64,000 nucleotides of DNA from an uncultured delta proteobacterium (GCA_963840855.1 CAWJBB010000040.1:64001-128000), one strand, 5' to 3'. Shown: positions 18,419 through 29,174, counted from the first letter of the stretch. Notes: generated by a model from the letters alone, not told the origin. Numbers and translations: made by a program.

Positions 18419-18703
18419 ATGACAGAGTCGGCAGAGAAAATAGATCATCCCTATATCGTTTCTCGGGCGGACTACTGCGGCGGCAGTCCTGTGATCAAAG
18501 GCACGAAATTTCCTGTTCGCTCAGTCGTCAACTACGTTCTTCGCCAAGGCATCTCACCTGAAGAGTTGGTTGGAGAGTTCTCCCATCTAACCCTCGCGCA
18601 AGTCTACGACGCCCTTTCGTACTACTATGATCACAAAGAAGCGGTTGACCAGGATCTTCAAGAGAACTCGCAAGAGAATCACAGACCCGTGACCGGGGTC
18701 TAA
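18419..18703 (+). CDS. DUF433 domain antitoxin
   Basis: CGGSPVIKGTKFPV...LTLAQVYDALSYYYDH; SD-like AGAGG upstream. Confidence 0.9.
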   Translation: MTESAEKIDHPYIVSRADYCGGSPVIKGTKFPVRSVVNYVLRQGISPEELVGEFSHLTLAQVYDALSYYYDHKEAVDQDLQENSQENHRPVTGV

Positions 18704-19050
18704 TGGCCAAGATTACCCTGCTGTTGGATGAGGATGTCCGTCCAATACTGGGCGAAATTCTCCGGCAGCGAGGGTACGATGCCGTGCATGTCTTAGATGC
18801 TGGCCGCACAGGACAAAGTGATGCCGAGCAACTGGCTTATGCCGTCAGCCAACGGCGCACAATCCTCACTCATAACATTCGACACTTCAGGCTCCTGAAC
18901 CAAAGATACCACGAAGAAGGCAGGCAACACTTCGGGATCTTACTTTCAGCGCAGGTACCGCTAAAAGATCTATTGCGCCGAGTTCTTCGGTTTTTGGGGC
19001 GCCACACCGCAGATGACGTAAAAAACAATGTCCTCTGGTTGGATGAATAG
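18703..19050 (+). CDS. DUF5615 PIN-like toxin
   Basis: LLDEDV...SDAEQL...ILTHNIRHF...HFGIL. Confidence 0.85.
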   Translation: MAKITLLLDEDVRPILGEILRQRGYDAVHVLDAGRTGQSDAEQLAYAVSQRRTILTHNIRHFRLLNQRYHEEGRQHFGILLSAQVPLKDLLRRVLRFLGRHTADDVKNNVLWLDE

Positions 19051-19149
19051 AGACCAACTGATCGGCAACGGAACCTCCGGCGGGTCGCCCATTAGCACGG
19101 AGAGGACTTGATTTATGAAGGATCGAAATGAGCGGTCACAGATAAAACT

Positions 19150-19806
19150 ATGATCACAGATCGGCGGCCGACGCTCGACAAATTACGCCGCGAATACGAT
19201 AGCAGTCATCGCCTGGAGAAAATTCGCGCCCCGGCTTCTGCGAACTTGGCTCCCATGTTTGGCGCGCTTGAAGCGGCCAGGGATGCGGCAGCACCCGAAC
19301 TAATGAAAAATGTCTGCACGCGGTTTCTCGCTTCGCTTTCAGCCTTTTACGGCATTCCTTCGCCGAACTTAAAATTGCTCGGGCCTCGTCCGCATTCGAC
19401 TCACGAAGGGCGCTTGGCCAATGAACTCTTCGGCGACTACCAGATCAAGGTTGCAAAAATTCGACTTTGGACGCGGACCCCAATGAAAAGGCAGTGGACA
19501 TCGAGTAAGACGATATTGTCTACGCTTTGCCATGAATTCATGCACCACTTGGATGTGACTTCTCTTGGATTTCCAAACAGCTTTCATACCATCGGTTTTT
19601 ACGAGCGGACCCACCGACTTTATCTTGCTGCCATGGGTCATCCCTACTATCCTCTTAAGTGGCGCCGGGTTGGCTTTGAAGGCCGGCAGATTATTGACTG
19701 GCAGGAGACAAAGCGACACGGGCCGAAAGTCTTGGGGCGAAAGAAAGTGAGAGGGACCAGCTGGCAGCAGGTCAGACCAGCGCAAGCCATTGATTCACAG
19801 GAATAG
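19150..19806 (+). CDS. SprT-like zinc metallopeptidase domain protein
   Basis: TLCHEFMHHLD (HExxH) plus downstream FH..GFY. Confidence 0.65.
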   Translation: MITDRRPTLDKLRREYDSSHRLEKIRAPASANLAPMFGALEAARDAAAPELMKNVCTRFLASLSAFYGIPSPNLKLLGPRPHSTHEGRLANELFGDYQIKVAKIRLWTRTPMKRQWTSSKTILSTLCHEFMHHLDVTSLGFPNSFHTIGFYERTHRLYLAAMGHPYYPLKWRRVGFEGRQIIDWQETKRHGPKVLGRKKVRGTSWQQVRPAQAIDSQE

Positions 19807-19877
19807 GCACGAGGCGAGAGGCAACAGGCAATAGTAGGACAAGAACATTTCAGACTGCTCACTATAAGAAATACACG

Positions 19878-19984
19878 ATGCCGCGCGTCAATCGCCATTT
19901 TCTGCCTGGTCACATCTGGCACATCACTCACCGCCGCCATCAGCAGGCATTTCTACTGAAATTTGCGCGCGACCGCCGCCGTTG
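19878..19984 (+). pseudogene. 5' remnant of a RAYT
   Basis: MPRVNRHFLPGHIWHITHRRHQQAFLLKFARDRRR. Confidence 0.8.
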
Positions 19985-20011
19985 CGCCTCGGGCAGACTG
20001 TAGGGTCAATC

Positions 20012-20608
20012 ATGGCAAAAATCTTGGATCCGCACGGCCTTCACGACTGGAGCGCCGAAGAATATGTCCATGATTGGGCAACGCGCCAGGATCGCTACGA
20101 GGACGAGCGACGCCCGCAATTTCAAATGATTGCAGATGCGATTCCTTTTAGCAGGGACGCGTCGATTCAGATTCTGGACGTGGGCGCCGGTTACGGCGCC
20201 CTAACCCAATTTCTCTTGGAAGAGTTTCCGAACGCTACAGCCCTCTGCCAGGATGGCTCGGACGAGATGGCCAAGCTCGGTCGCTGGCGCATGGCCAAAT
20301 GGAAAGGCCGGTTTGATTATGTGATTGCGGATTTCAGTAAGCGGGGCTGGAACCGGGCGATTCATGGATCCTTCGATGCGGTCGTTTCAACCATCACCAT
20401 TCACAACGTTCGTGTTCCCGACATCATCGAGTCCATCTATAAAGACGTGTTTCAACTCGTAAAGCCGGGCGGCTGTTTTCTCAATCTGGACCTGGTTTTT
20501 GTTCCTTTGGCAAAACAACTCGGTTGGTTGCGGGCTGCCGGATTCAGCGATGTCAAATCGTATTGGCAAGAGCGGAGAGAAGCGTTGTTCGGGGGGAGGA
20601 AGATTTAG
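20012..20608 (+). CDS. Class I SAM-dependent methyltransferase
   Basis: ILDVGAGYG, FDAVVS, VKPGGCFLN. Confidence 0.9.
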   Translation: MAKILDPHGLHDWSAEEYVHDWATRQDRYEDERRPQFQMIADAIPFSRDASIQILDVGAGYGALTQFLLEEFPNATALCQDGSDEMAKLGRWRMAKWKGRFDYVIADFSKRGWNRAIHGSFDAVVSTITIHNVRVPDIIESIYKDVFQLVKPGGCFLNLDLVFVPLAKQLGWLRAAGFSDVKSYWQERREALFGGRKI

Positions 20609-20767
20609 GGGACAGTCAGAGGCGCTTCCGACAGCGTTATTGCCTCGTTGCGCGCAATTAACTCGCTACAACACGCTGGTCAAGTGCGCTTCCGGACGTC
20701 GATTTTTCGCACGCCTCGCCATTGAACCTTTTTTGACGAGCCTGAGAAGAGAGGAGGTACGGTCGTT

Positions 20768-21121
20768 ATGCCGGAGCAAATATCGAAATATCCAGACGTA
20801 ACGCTACAGGTTTTGAGAGAGAGCGGTGCCGTTTGCGGTCAAGGGGCGCCGCAAAACATCCTAAAACAATGTCCGCGGGACCGTTTCTGTTCACTTCGAA
20901 CGGGGGAAATCTGTGTATATGGCATAAATGAGATTCCGAAAATGACTCAGATTACTTCCCAAGAGTTGGCTAAAGTTGTTTGTCCGCAAGCTCAAAAGAC
21001 TGCCCTGTTTTCTGCGGGCATCTCGGGATTGGAAGCGGCTCTAATTTTCGCGGTGTTTCTTTCGGGACTCACCGTGGGCAAGTATCGGCGGAAACCACGG
21101 TTGCCCGTTTCGTCACCCTAG
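20768..21121 (+). CDS. Small Cys-rich hypothetical protein with C-terminal TM helix
   Basis: Strong SD GAGGAGG; 5 Cys; hydrophobic stretch followed by basic tail. Confidence 0.65.
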   Translation: MPEQISKYPDVTLQVLRESGAVCGQGAPQNILKQCPRDRFCSLRTGEICVYGINEIPKMTQITSQELAKVVCPQAQKTALFSAGISGLEAALIFAVFLSGLTVGKYRRKPRLPVSSP

Positions 21122-21482
21122 CTCCTCTTCTTCGAGGCGCGTGCCGGTCGCCCGCACGACGCATCGAATCATCAGCGTTGCATCCTCTCCAGTTGGAGGC
21201 TCGTTTACAATCGCGTTACCGGGAGATAAGCGAGATTGCCCAACGACTGCGGGTGCGCGACATATCGACGGTTAGCCATGGAGAGAAGCGCATCACGATG
21301 AGTTTGCGGGACAATAGCCGCGCCGGCAGTGAGATGAAAAGGGTCCTGAAGAAGACGTATTCACTCATTCAAGCCTGACCTCATCCCATCCATTTCAAGT
21401 CTCTTAACTCGAGTTTGAGAACGAGAATACGTTCGGGGTGAATTGGCCGCCGCGCCGAGGCGCAGCGGCAGCGGGGGGCTTC

Positions 21483-22556
21483 ATGAAGCCGATAAGGACT
21501 GGTTTTACGCGCGCCGTGGAATTGTTTCTTGCAACGTTAGTTATTGGGCTCTGGTTTTTACCACAGGATCTCTCGGCGCAGACGCCATTTTATCAAGGCA
21601 AGACCATCACGCTAATCCAGGGACGGGAACCCGGAGGCTCGGGAGATATGAGCGTTCGGGCCCTGATCCCTTATCTGCAAAAGTACATTCCTGGAAACCC
21701 AACGGTTGTGACCGAATTCATCCCGGGCGCGGGCGGGCGAAAAGCCGCCAATCATCTGTACAGATCAGCCCGTCCGGACGGGCTGACGATAGGAAATATT
21801 GGCGGAGGCTTGATTCTCAACGCGGTGCTCGGCGAACCTGGAGTTCAGTACGATCTCGGCAAGTTCATTTATCTCGGCACTTCCGAGAGCGCTATCGTCT
21901 GGGTTTTTTTGACCAGGAAAGAAGCCGGCCTCGGCAGTCTCGAAAAGCTCCGCAGCGCCGGCAGCGTGAGAATTGGCGCCCAATCGGTGGGTCATATCAT
22001 CTATATGTGTGGCCGGCTATTTGCCTATCTTTTAGGGGTGAAAGACGCGAAGTTCGTCACCGGCTATTCGGGCCCCGAACTGGACATCGCGCTCAGCCGA
22101 GGAGAAGTGGACGCGCGAGCCAATATTGCCGATACCCTATTGAAGCGTACCCCCGAGTTTCTCGAGCGCGGCCTCGTGGACCTCCATGCCACGCTGGAGG
22201 CGCCGAAAGGCAGGAGGCATCCCCGCTTTACCCACCTTCCTGAGCTCGAGACGTTCGTCCAATCCGAAAAAGAGCAAAAAGTGTTGGCGATGTTTCGCGC
22301 ATTCAGGGTTGCCGGGACCCCTTATCTACTCCCTCCGGGAACGCCGAGGCAACGCGTGGAGATGCTGCAGGAAACGATGCGGAAGATTTTCAACGATCCC
22401 GATTTTCAGAGGGATTACAAGAAAATGACCGGTGAAGATCCAAGCCCTGTGACCGCCGACGTTCTGGAGAAAATTGTCAGAGAGATTCCGCGCGATGCAG
22501 AGACGGTCGAGTTCTTCAAGAAGTTTGCGGGTGCCGGGCCGCTGCCCCAACGCTAA
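21483..22556 (+). CDS. TctC/Bug family substrate-binding protein
   Basis: FYQGKTI, PGAGG, PDGLTIG, GYSG, RGEVD. Confidence 0.9.
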   Translation: MKPIRTGFTRAVELFLATLVIGLWFLPQDLSAQTPFYQGKTITLIQGREPGGSGDMSVRALIPYLQKYIPGNPTVVTEFIPGAGGRKAANHLYRSARPDGLTIGNIGGGLILNAVLGEPGVQYDLGKFIYLGTSESAIVWVFLTRKEAGLGSLEKLRSAGSVRIGAQSVGHIIYMCGRLFAYLLGVKDAKFVTGYSGPELDIALSRGEVDARANIADTLLKRTPEFLERGLVDLHATLEAPKGRRHPRFTHLPELETFVQSEKEQKVLAMFRAFRVAGTPYLLPPGTPRQRVEMLQETMRKIFNDPDFQRDYKKMTGEDPSPVTADVLEKIVREIPRDAETVEFFKKFAGAGPLPQR

Positions 22557-23051
22557 GGCTGCGCCGGCTCGCGGGTCAGACCGGCGCGAGCCGCAGCGGC
22601 CGTTCAAGGTTCAATGTTCCAAGCATGCCCTGAAACCTGTCGACTCTACCATGTGATCGTTCGAGATAATCAGCGGCAAAGGACATTTCTTTCGAAAATT
22701 TCCAAAAGCTTTTCGGTCATTAGCCGGCTGTACTCCGCGTTTGCAGCAGCTCGCGGTGAGAATATTTGGAAAGCTCTACTTCAGCAACTGAGGTCATGAC
22801 GCAACACGCAAGCCTGACACTAACGAGCGGTCCGCTAGGCCTGGAGCTGTGAGTCGAGAAGCTCCCGCGCCGGATCACAATCCAGGAAAGCCACTAATCT
22901 CGTTTGATCCCGCTGCAAACTCATTGACAACTCGCCGATCAAAGCGGTAAGTGTTTCAAATTGTGAGTTTCCAAACGACAATTATATTGACCACCATACT
23001 CGTCGACCGAAGACTACTGCCACCCGTCACCGAACAGAGAGGAAATATGAC

Positions 23052-23684
23052 ATGGATACGATAAACCGGAACGATGCCTACACTGTTACTTCGCTGGACG
23101 ATCTCGCGAAGATTTATGCCAAGCCGTTGCCCCACATCGCCACCAAGGAAACCGACCACATCACCGAGGTCGGACGCGCCTTCATCGCGGCGTCACCGTT
23201 TCTGGTGCTTGCGACCTCGAACGAAACCAGCATCGACTGTTCGCCCAAGGGCGATGCGCCGGGCTTCGTGCAACTGCTCGACGACCGCACACTGCTGATT
23301 CCCGACCGGCCAGGTAACAACCGCATCGACGGGATGAAAAACCTGCTCGTCAACCCGAAGGTCGGTATCGTTTTCATGGTCCCGGGATCGAACGAAACCT
23401 ATCGGGTGACTGGCAGTGCGACGATCAGCACGGACCCGGGGTTACTGAAGCGATTCGAGGTGGGCGGCAAGCCGCCGCGCGTGGTCATGGTCGTTGCTGT
23501 CGAACAAGCCTTCAATCACTGTCCCAAAGCCTTCGTGCGGGCGAAGCTGTGGGAGGCGACGGCGCGGCCGAGCGGTGCGCCGAGCCATGGCGACTTCGCC
23601 GCCGCCCGCGACGGCAAGGATGCTGCCTACGCCAGGGATTACAACGAGAAATATGCCGAGCGCCTGAAGACGGAGCTTTACTGA
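23052..23684 (+). CDS. Pyridoxamine 5'-phosphate oxidase-like FMN-binding protein (MSMEG_1061-like)
   Basis: DCSPKGDAPGFV, PDRPGNNRIDG, HCPKAF. Confidence 0.9.
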   Translation: MDTINRNDAYTVTSLDDLAKIYAKPLPHIATKETDHITEVGRAFIAASPFLVLATSNETSIDCSPKGDAPGFVQLLDDRTLLIPDRPGNNRIDGMKNLLVNPKVGIVFMVPGSNETYRVTGSATISTDPGLLKRFEVGGKPPRVVMVVAVEQAFNHCPKAFVRAKLWEATARPSGAPSHGDFAAARDGKDAAYARDYNEKYAERLKTELY

Positions 23685-23877
23685 CAGGCTGCGACACGAG
23701 GAGAGGCAGAATCTCAGACGGGCAAACTTCGGGTCGGCCGGCGCAAGCTATTGATTTGACAATAGGACGTAGCATAAAGGCATCGTTTAAGAGCTTAGAC
23801 CCGGCTTTTGAGGCTGCAAATAAGCCTCTAAAATTAAACGAATGCCGCGCACTAACCGGTAGTTCTTAACTGGTCGC

Positions 23878-24001
23878 AACGAAGGCGACGGTTTGGCTGT
23901 GAAGACTGTGTGATCAAAATTGGGAGACAACTTGGGCTTGAAGCGACGATGGATTCCCGCGGTCGCCGAAAACGTTCATGAGAAGACTCCCGACCCCTTT
24001 T
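23878..24001 (+). pseudogene. 3' remnant of a RAYT followed by a terminal motif
   Basis: RRFGCEDCVIKIGRQLGLEATMDSRGRRKRS* then AAGACTCCCGACCCCTTTT. Confidence 0.7.
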
Positions 24002-24022
24002 TGATGTCTCTCGACCGATATC

Positions 24023-24475
24023 ATGCGGTTTTTCAGGCGTACTCCAGTCAGGACTTTTCTCATCTATCCTTTGGTTGTTCTTGCGTGGGAATTGCTGACG
24101 CATGCCGGGCGCATTGATGTAAACCGCTGGTTTTTGCCGCTGCTGCTCTGGGGCTACTTACAGTATCGCATGTGCGGGAAGTATCGGATGACGCGCGGCG
24201 GCGGCGGTCCCGGCCCGGATGTTCCGGGGGAGAGATTGGTCGATAGCGGCCTCTACGCCTACACCCGCAACCCCATGTATCTCGGCCATATCATTTTTCT
24301 CACTGGGCTGGCTCTCACTCTCCAATCTTGGCTCGGTGCGTTGATCACTCTACTGGTTGCGATCTGGTTTCACTTTCGCGTGCTTGCCGACGAAAAGAAT
24401 TTAGCTTGCGCTTTAGACGCGCCCTACGTTGCCTACACCAAGCGTGTTAAGCGCTGGATACCGAGGCTCTTTTAG
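24023..24475 (+). CDS. Isoprenylcysteine carboxylmethyltransferase/PEMT family membrane protein
   Basis: LVDSGLYAYTRNPMYLG, YTKRVKRWIP. Confidence 0.85.
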   Translation: MRFFRRTPVRTFLIYPLVVLAWELLTHAGRIDVNRWFLPLLLWGYLQYRMCGKYRMTRGGGGPGPDVPGERLVDSGLYAYTRNPMYLGHIIFLTGLALTLQSWLGALITLLVAIWFHFRVLADEKNLACALDAPYVAYTKRVKRWIPRLF

Positions 24476-24511
24476 TTCCCATTTTGGGTTCACGTTAGAG
24501 AGGCAGGCTTT

Positions 24512-25507
24512 GTGAACATTCTTCTATTGGGGCCGGCGAGGGACGATCCTTCGACCATAGATCAAGCGCTCGGGGCTCGCTTATTGGGGCAGACGCTGGC
24601 CGGTAATCAAGACATCGTCGTTTCCGAGGAGGTCTTCCGGCGAGGCCACGGCGATCTTGAGAGAAAGCTCGCCCGTTGGCGAGATAAAATTTCGGCCGTG
24701 ATCGGGACGACCAACGTTTTCGAGTCAACTCGCCTGGGAGAACTCGCTGCAAAAATGAATCTCTTGTGCTTCGTCGCCAATAACAATCCGGCGGTTTGGC
24801 AAAGGCGGAGACAGGTGTTTCATATTGGACTGCCGACCAGCCAGACGACGGCCGCCGTGGCGGCGCGCATCGAGAGAATCCGGTGGCGACGGGTTCTGCT
24901 GCTCCATGACCAGACGCAGTTTCAAAGCCGAGTAGCTTCTAGCATGAGGGATGCGTTGGGAGCACACGGGGTGGACAGCCGATCCCAGCCGGTATCGTTC
25001 GAAGAAGGCGTTCAGATCTCACGCGAGTGGCGGCCCGACTTAATTTACGTTATTTTTTCCAGCGAGCCGAAAGCCGTGCGCCTTTTGGGGATGATCAGAA
25101 GCATTTCGCCGGGAATTCCGATTTTGTTCGGCCGTACGCTCTTGAGAGAGAGCTTCTTGGAAATCCTGAGCGATTATCCGGGTGAGTGCTGGTTCGTCGA
25201 CATGTTCCATCGGAACGGCCATCAAACGGCGGCACAGAGTGAGTTTTTTCAGGAGATGGAGGCGAACGGTGTAAAAGTACCGACCGCAAATCATGCCTTC
25301 GGTTGGGACGGCCTGGCACATTGCGCAACGGCTCTAAACGCTGCCGGAGGTGATCCGTCCCGCGCGATCGACTATCTGGAATCTGGCGTCAGGCTAGAAG
25401 GGGCTAGCGGTGCGTGTTGTTTTAGCCCTGAGAATCATAACGGACGCTTCGAGCCGGGGCCTCATACGCTTACACGGTGGCACCGTCATCAACTCGAAGA
25501 TGTGTGA
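24512..25507 (+). CDS. Type I periplasmic-binding-fold (LivJ-like) protein without evident signal peptide
   Basis: AVIG, AFGWDG, GASGACCFSPENHNG resemble branched-chain amino acid SBPs. Confidence 0.65.
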   Translation: MNILLLGPARDDPSTIDQALGARLLGQTLAGNQDIVVSEEVFRRGHGDLERKLARWRDKISAVIGTTNVFESTRLGELAAKMNLLCFVANNNPAVWQRRRQVFHIGLPTSQTTAAVAARIERIRWRRVLLLHDQTQFQSRVASSMRDALGAHGVDSRSQPVSFEEGVQISREWRPDLIYVIFSSEPKAVRLLGMIRSISPGIPILFGRTLLRESFLEILSDYPGECWFVDMFHRNGHQTAAQSEFFQEMEANGVKVPTANHAFGWDGLAHCATALNAAGGDPSRAIDYLESGVRLEGASGACCFSPENHNGRFEPGPHTLTRWHRHQLEDV

Positions 25508-25570
25508 TTGATTCGGGTTTAGCAGAGCGGGGAATAGCGAACGTTGGCGAACTGCCGCGCTGCGCCGCAG

Positions 25571-26650
25571 CTAGAGGGCATAGAAGGTCTTAGGGTTGTC
25601 GTAAACTAGCTTCCGTACCGCCGAATCTGGGATCTCTCCCCGGTCGGCGGCCTGCTGTAAGGGGATGATGAAGCCATGCTCCTGGGAAGGATCCTCGTGG
25701 CAGTAGTCGGACCCAACGAGCAGGTTGTCTTCACTGATATACTGGAAGACCAAGGAGAGATTTTCGTCCATCTGGCAAGCGACGTAAATACGGTTCATAG
25801 TGAAGATGTCTTTGGGTGGGACTTGACGGGGGGTATGCTTCTTCTCCGCCCGCCTGATGGTGTGCTCCACGAAGGGAAGCCATGAGGCGCTCGCCTCGAT
25901 GCAACCGGTCCGAAGTTTCGGGAACATCGCCGGGATTCCACGTTCCAAGAATGAGTGGATACCGGTAATGGCCGTAGCCTTGCTGCGGAGGAACGTTGGG
26001 GCGGCAGCGCGTAACCAGCGACGCTCCAGGGCGGTGCCAGTCCCGGTATGGAAGCAGATCGGCAGGTCCAGCCGCTCCGCCTCTTCATAGAGGGGGAAGA
26101 AATAATCTTCGGCCGCGTAATGGCCCGCTTCCTGGTCCCCCTTCTTAGACACACCACAGGCTCCGTGATCCTTGGCCCAGCGCAGCTCCTCCACTGCCTT
26201 GTCCTTCGTCTTGAGGGGAGGTATGCAGATCCAGCGCAGGCGACCCTTGGAGAGAGCACAGCGATCCGCAAGCCATCGGTTGTAGCTGCGGGTAAGGGCC
26301 AATTCCACCTCCGGCCGTACTGCCGGATCGCTGATGAACAATGTCGGATAGATGACTTGGATTTCGGTCCCGAGCTCATCCATGTGCCTCAGACGCGCTT
26401 CTACATCGAGGAGTTCCCGCGTTTCGACCGTGGTCTTGGACTTGGCGTCGCTGCGTGCCGACCTACGCTCCTTGTGTCCGTCTATCAACCAGTACGGGAA
26501 AGGCGGGCGGGCCGGATCGGGATCGGGAGCAGACCCTTTCGTGGGCTTAAAGCCTTGCTCCTCCGGGGTCATGTATTCCCAGGTCGCATCAGTTTCGTCA
26601 ACGTGAGTGTCAGCGTCGATTATCCGTAGTGTTTCCATCTTTGTCGCCAT
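25571..26650 (-). CDS. Amidohydrolase 2 family protein
   Basis: IIDADTHVDE, YNRWLAD, ICFH, GSDYCH. Confidence 0.9.
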   Translation of the reverse strand: MATKMETLRIIDADTHVDETDATWEYMTPEEQGFKPTKGSAPDPDPARPPFPYWLIDGHKERRSARSDAKSKTTVETRELLDVEARLRHMDELGTEIQVIYPTLFISDPAVRPEVELALTRSYNRWLADRCALSKGRLRWICIPPLKTKDKAVEELRWAKDHGACGVSKKGDQEAGHYAAEDYFFPLYEEAERLDLPICFHTGTGTALERRWLRAAAPTFLRSKATAITGIHSFLERGIPAMFPKLRTGCIEASASWLPFVEHTIRRAEKKHTPRQVPPKDIFTMNRIYVACQMDENLSLVFQYISEDNLLVGSDYCHEDPSQEHGFIIPLQQAADRGEIPDSAVRKLVYDNPKTFYAL

Positions 26651-27091
26651 TTCGCTTTCTTGCTTTTTGCCCAAGTGCCTACATGCGTAGAGCGTTGCGG
26701 AGTTATCGTCGTGGATCTTTCAGCGCGCGCTTTCGCTCTGTATAGAAAATTAACCACCCTTTTTTCGGCCGAGAGATATCACCGGACCGGGGAGTCGTCA
26801 ATTGCACAAAATGGTGAGGGGGAGAATGGGGTTACTCATGAAAAGCTTTGTCAAAGATGTTTCGTTTAGATGCACCTTTTCACGGGAGGGGTAGGGTTAG
26901 TCTCATCACCCACAGATGGTTCTTCTGGTCTCCGGATCTGCACATGCGAGCCGGTGCGGTTGACAGACGTCGTTGAGACGAGCTATCCAGGGACCCAGGC
27001 TGGTATGGCTTGCAGAGAATATTCCCGCTGGAGTTTTTTTTGGGCGGCCTCACAGGTATCGCGGACCGATTTGGTCTGAGGAGGACGACCG

Positions 27092-28165
27092 ATGAAAGCA
27101 AGTAAATGCAAACTTGATGTCCGGGCTGGCGCCGTCATGTGGGCAACGTTGTGCATATTCTTGGGCCAACCATCCCAGGCTTTGCCCCAAGAGTTTTTTT
27201 ACCAAGGCAAGACCATCACAGTGATCAGCGGCCGAGAACCAGGGGGGTTGGGAGACCTGCGGCACAGGGCCATATTACCCTACTTGAAGAAACATATTCC
27301 CGGACAGCCGAATATCGTGACGGAATATATGCCGGGCGGTGGAGGCCGGAAGGTCGCAAATCATATCTACCGAACCGCTCAGCCGGACGGTTTGATCATC
27401 GGATCTCCTCCGGGCGGCTTCATCTTGGCAGCAGTTCTGAAAGAACCCGGCGTGAATTACGAACTCGACAAATTTACGTACTTCGGCAGCGCCGAGTCCG
27501 AGGATCACTACGTGTTTCTCACGAGAAAAGAGGCCAATCTGGGCACGTTGGACCGTCTCCGCGCCACTTCCGGAATAAGAATCGGCGGGCAATCGGTGGG
27601 CCATACAATCTATACATTGGGCCGATTGTTCGCCTATATTCTGCGCCTGAAGGAGCCCAAATTCATCACCGGATACTCAGGACCGGAGATGGATCAAGCG
27701 CTCTTGCGCGGCGAAGTCGACGCCAGAGTGAGCGCTGTCCCCTCGTTGCTGCAGCGCAGTCCCGAATGGATCGAAAAGAAGCTCGTTGACGTTCACTCAA
27801 TCTTGCAGATTCCCAAAAGCAGCAGGCATCCTCACTTTGCTGATCTGCCCGAACTCGAATCGTTTGCCAAGACGGATAAGGAGCGCCTGCTGCTGGATAT
27901 CTACCGGTCCTTCAGTATGGTCGGCGCGACCTTTATCACTCCGCCGGGCACGCCTCCGGGGCGGAATCGGATCCTGCGGGATGCGATCACTGCTGCCTAC
28001 AGAGATCCGGAGTTTTTCAAAGGCTTTAAGACGGTCACCGGCGAAACGCCTTCTCCTATTATGCCGGACGAATTCGATGTCATCATCAAGAAGCTTCCTC
28101 GCAATCCCGAAGACGTGGATCTTTTCAAAAAAATCGCCGGCGGGGGTCCGCTGCCCGGCCATTAG
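27092..28165 (+). CDS. TctC/Bug family substrate-binding protein
   Basis: FYQGKTI, MPGGGG, PDGL, RGEVD; close paralog of 21483-22556. Confidence 0.9.
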   Translation: MKASKCKLDVRAGAVMWATLCIFLGQPSQALPQEFFYQGKTITVISGREPGGLGDLRHRAILPYLKKHIPGQPNIVTEYMPGGGGRKVANHIYRTAQPDGLIIGSPPGGFILAAVLKEPGVNYELDKFTYFGSAESEDHYVFLTRKEANLGTLDRLRATSGIRIGGQSVGHTIYTLGRLFAYILRLKEPKFITGYSGPEMDQALLRGEVDARVSAVPSLLQRSPEWIEKKLVDVHSILQIPKSSRHPHFADLPELESFAKTDKERLLLDIYRSFSMVGATFITPPGTPPGRNRILRDAITAAYRDPEFFKGFKTVTGETPSPIMPDEFDVIIKKLPRNPEDVDLFKKIAGGGPLPGH

Positions 28166-28230
28166 ATACCAAGTTGCACACAAATCGGGATATGGGGGCT
28201 GAGGGACGTTGCGGCTGTAACAGCTGTAAT

Positions 28231-28369
28231 GAAGCTCCTCGGAGCAAAGCTCCGAGGTATCTTGCGAAATTCTCCGAAGCCCTTCCACCCTCCTTCGCCA
28301 AGGCTACGGAGGGTTCTCCTCACCTTCATCCTCGCAGCAAGCTGCGAGGTATTCGGCGAAGGAGAATAA
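28231..28369. mobile_element. ~140-bp multi-hairpin element, copy 3
   Basis: Near-identical repeat. Confidence 0.85.
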
Positions 28370-28634
28370 AAAGGGGGGCCGTGCTGGGGTTTTGTTTCTT
28401 GATAATCCGGTAGCGTCGAGCGAGCGATTCCGGAAACATTATAGCAATTGACAAATAGCATGAGACAGATGCGAGCTCGGGCGCCATGCAAAACGGCTAA
28501 GAAGCCGTTTGTTCCAGTCGTTCCAGCCGTTTTACAGATATTCATGCGGCAACGGGAAGAAAGATGAACCCGAGGATTCACCGGGGGCTCTCGTCACTTA
28601 CTCTGGCCAAAACAAAGTCTTGAAGCAGCGAATT

Positions 28635-28796
28635 TCCCCCGAAGGAGAACGGGTCGTGGGTTACGATAATCACTGGCCGAAAGGACACCATCGCCATGTG
28701 TTGGGGGAAGAAGGTCCGTACACCTATCGAGGGATTGACCGTTTGATTTCGGACTTTAGAGCCGACGTTTCAGCCCTGAGGAGAAGAGGACAATGA
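28635..28796 (+). pseudogene. 3' half of a DUF6516-family toxin
   Basis: GERVVGYDNHWPKGHHRH...LISDFRADV; upstream part is unrelated sequence. Confidence 0.7.
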
Positions 28797-29161
28797 AAGT
28801 CAGGAAAGTAAAGATCGGCATTCGCAATTTCGATGAGACGCTGGACGAAGTGGCGGAGACGGCCAAAGCCGCAGCGGCAGGGAAAAAAGTGAAGCCCAAA
28901 GGGCACAGACTGTTTTTCACCAGTCCGGAGGCTCTCCGACGATTCCTGACTCCGAAAAAGCTTGAGCTCATCCGTTTGATCCGAAAGCGCCACCCCAGTT
29001 CCATCAACGAGCTTGCCGCACTTGCGCATCGTGACTTTAAGAGGGTCTATCAAGATGTCAGGAGCTTGACCGATGCAGGTATGGTCGATTTGATGAAGAA
29101 CGGGGGGCGCAAAACAACTCCCCGCGTGGCAGATGAGCTCCATCTGGAGATCGTGGTGTGA
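28793..29161 (+). CDS. HTH antitoxin-like regulator (HVO_A0114-like)
   Basis: LTPKKLELIRLIR...PSSINELA....RDFKRVYQDV. Confidence 0.8.
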   Translation: MKVRKVKIGIRNFDETLDEVAETAKAAAAGKKVKPKGHRLFFTSPEALRRFLTPKKLELIRLIRKRHPSSINELAALAHRDFKRVYQDVRSLTDAGMVDLMKNGGRKTTPRVADELHLEIVV

Positions 29162-29174
29162 ATACGCTCCTGGG

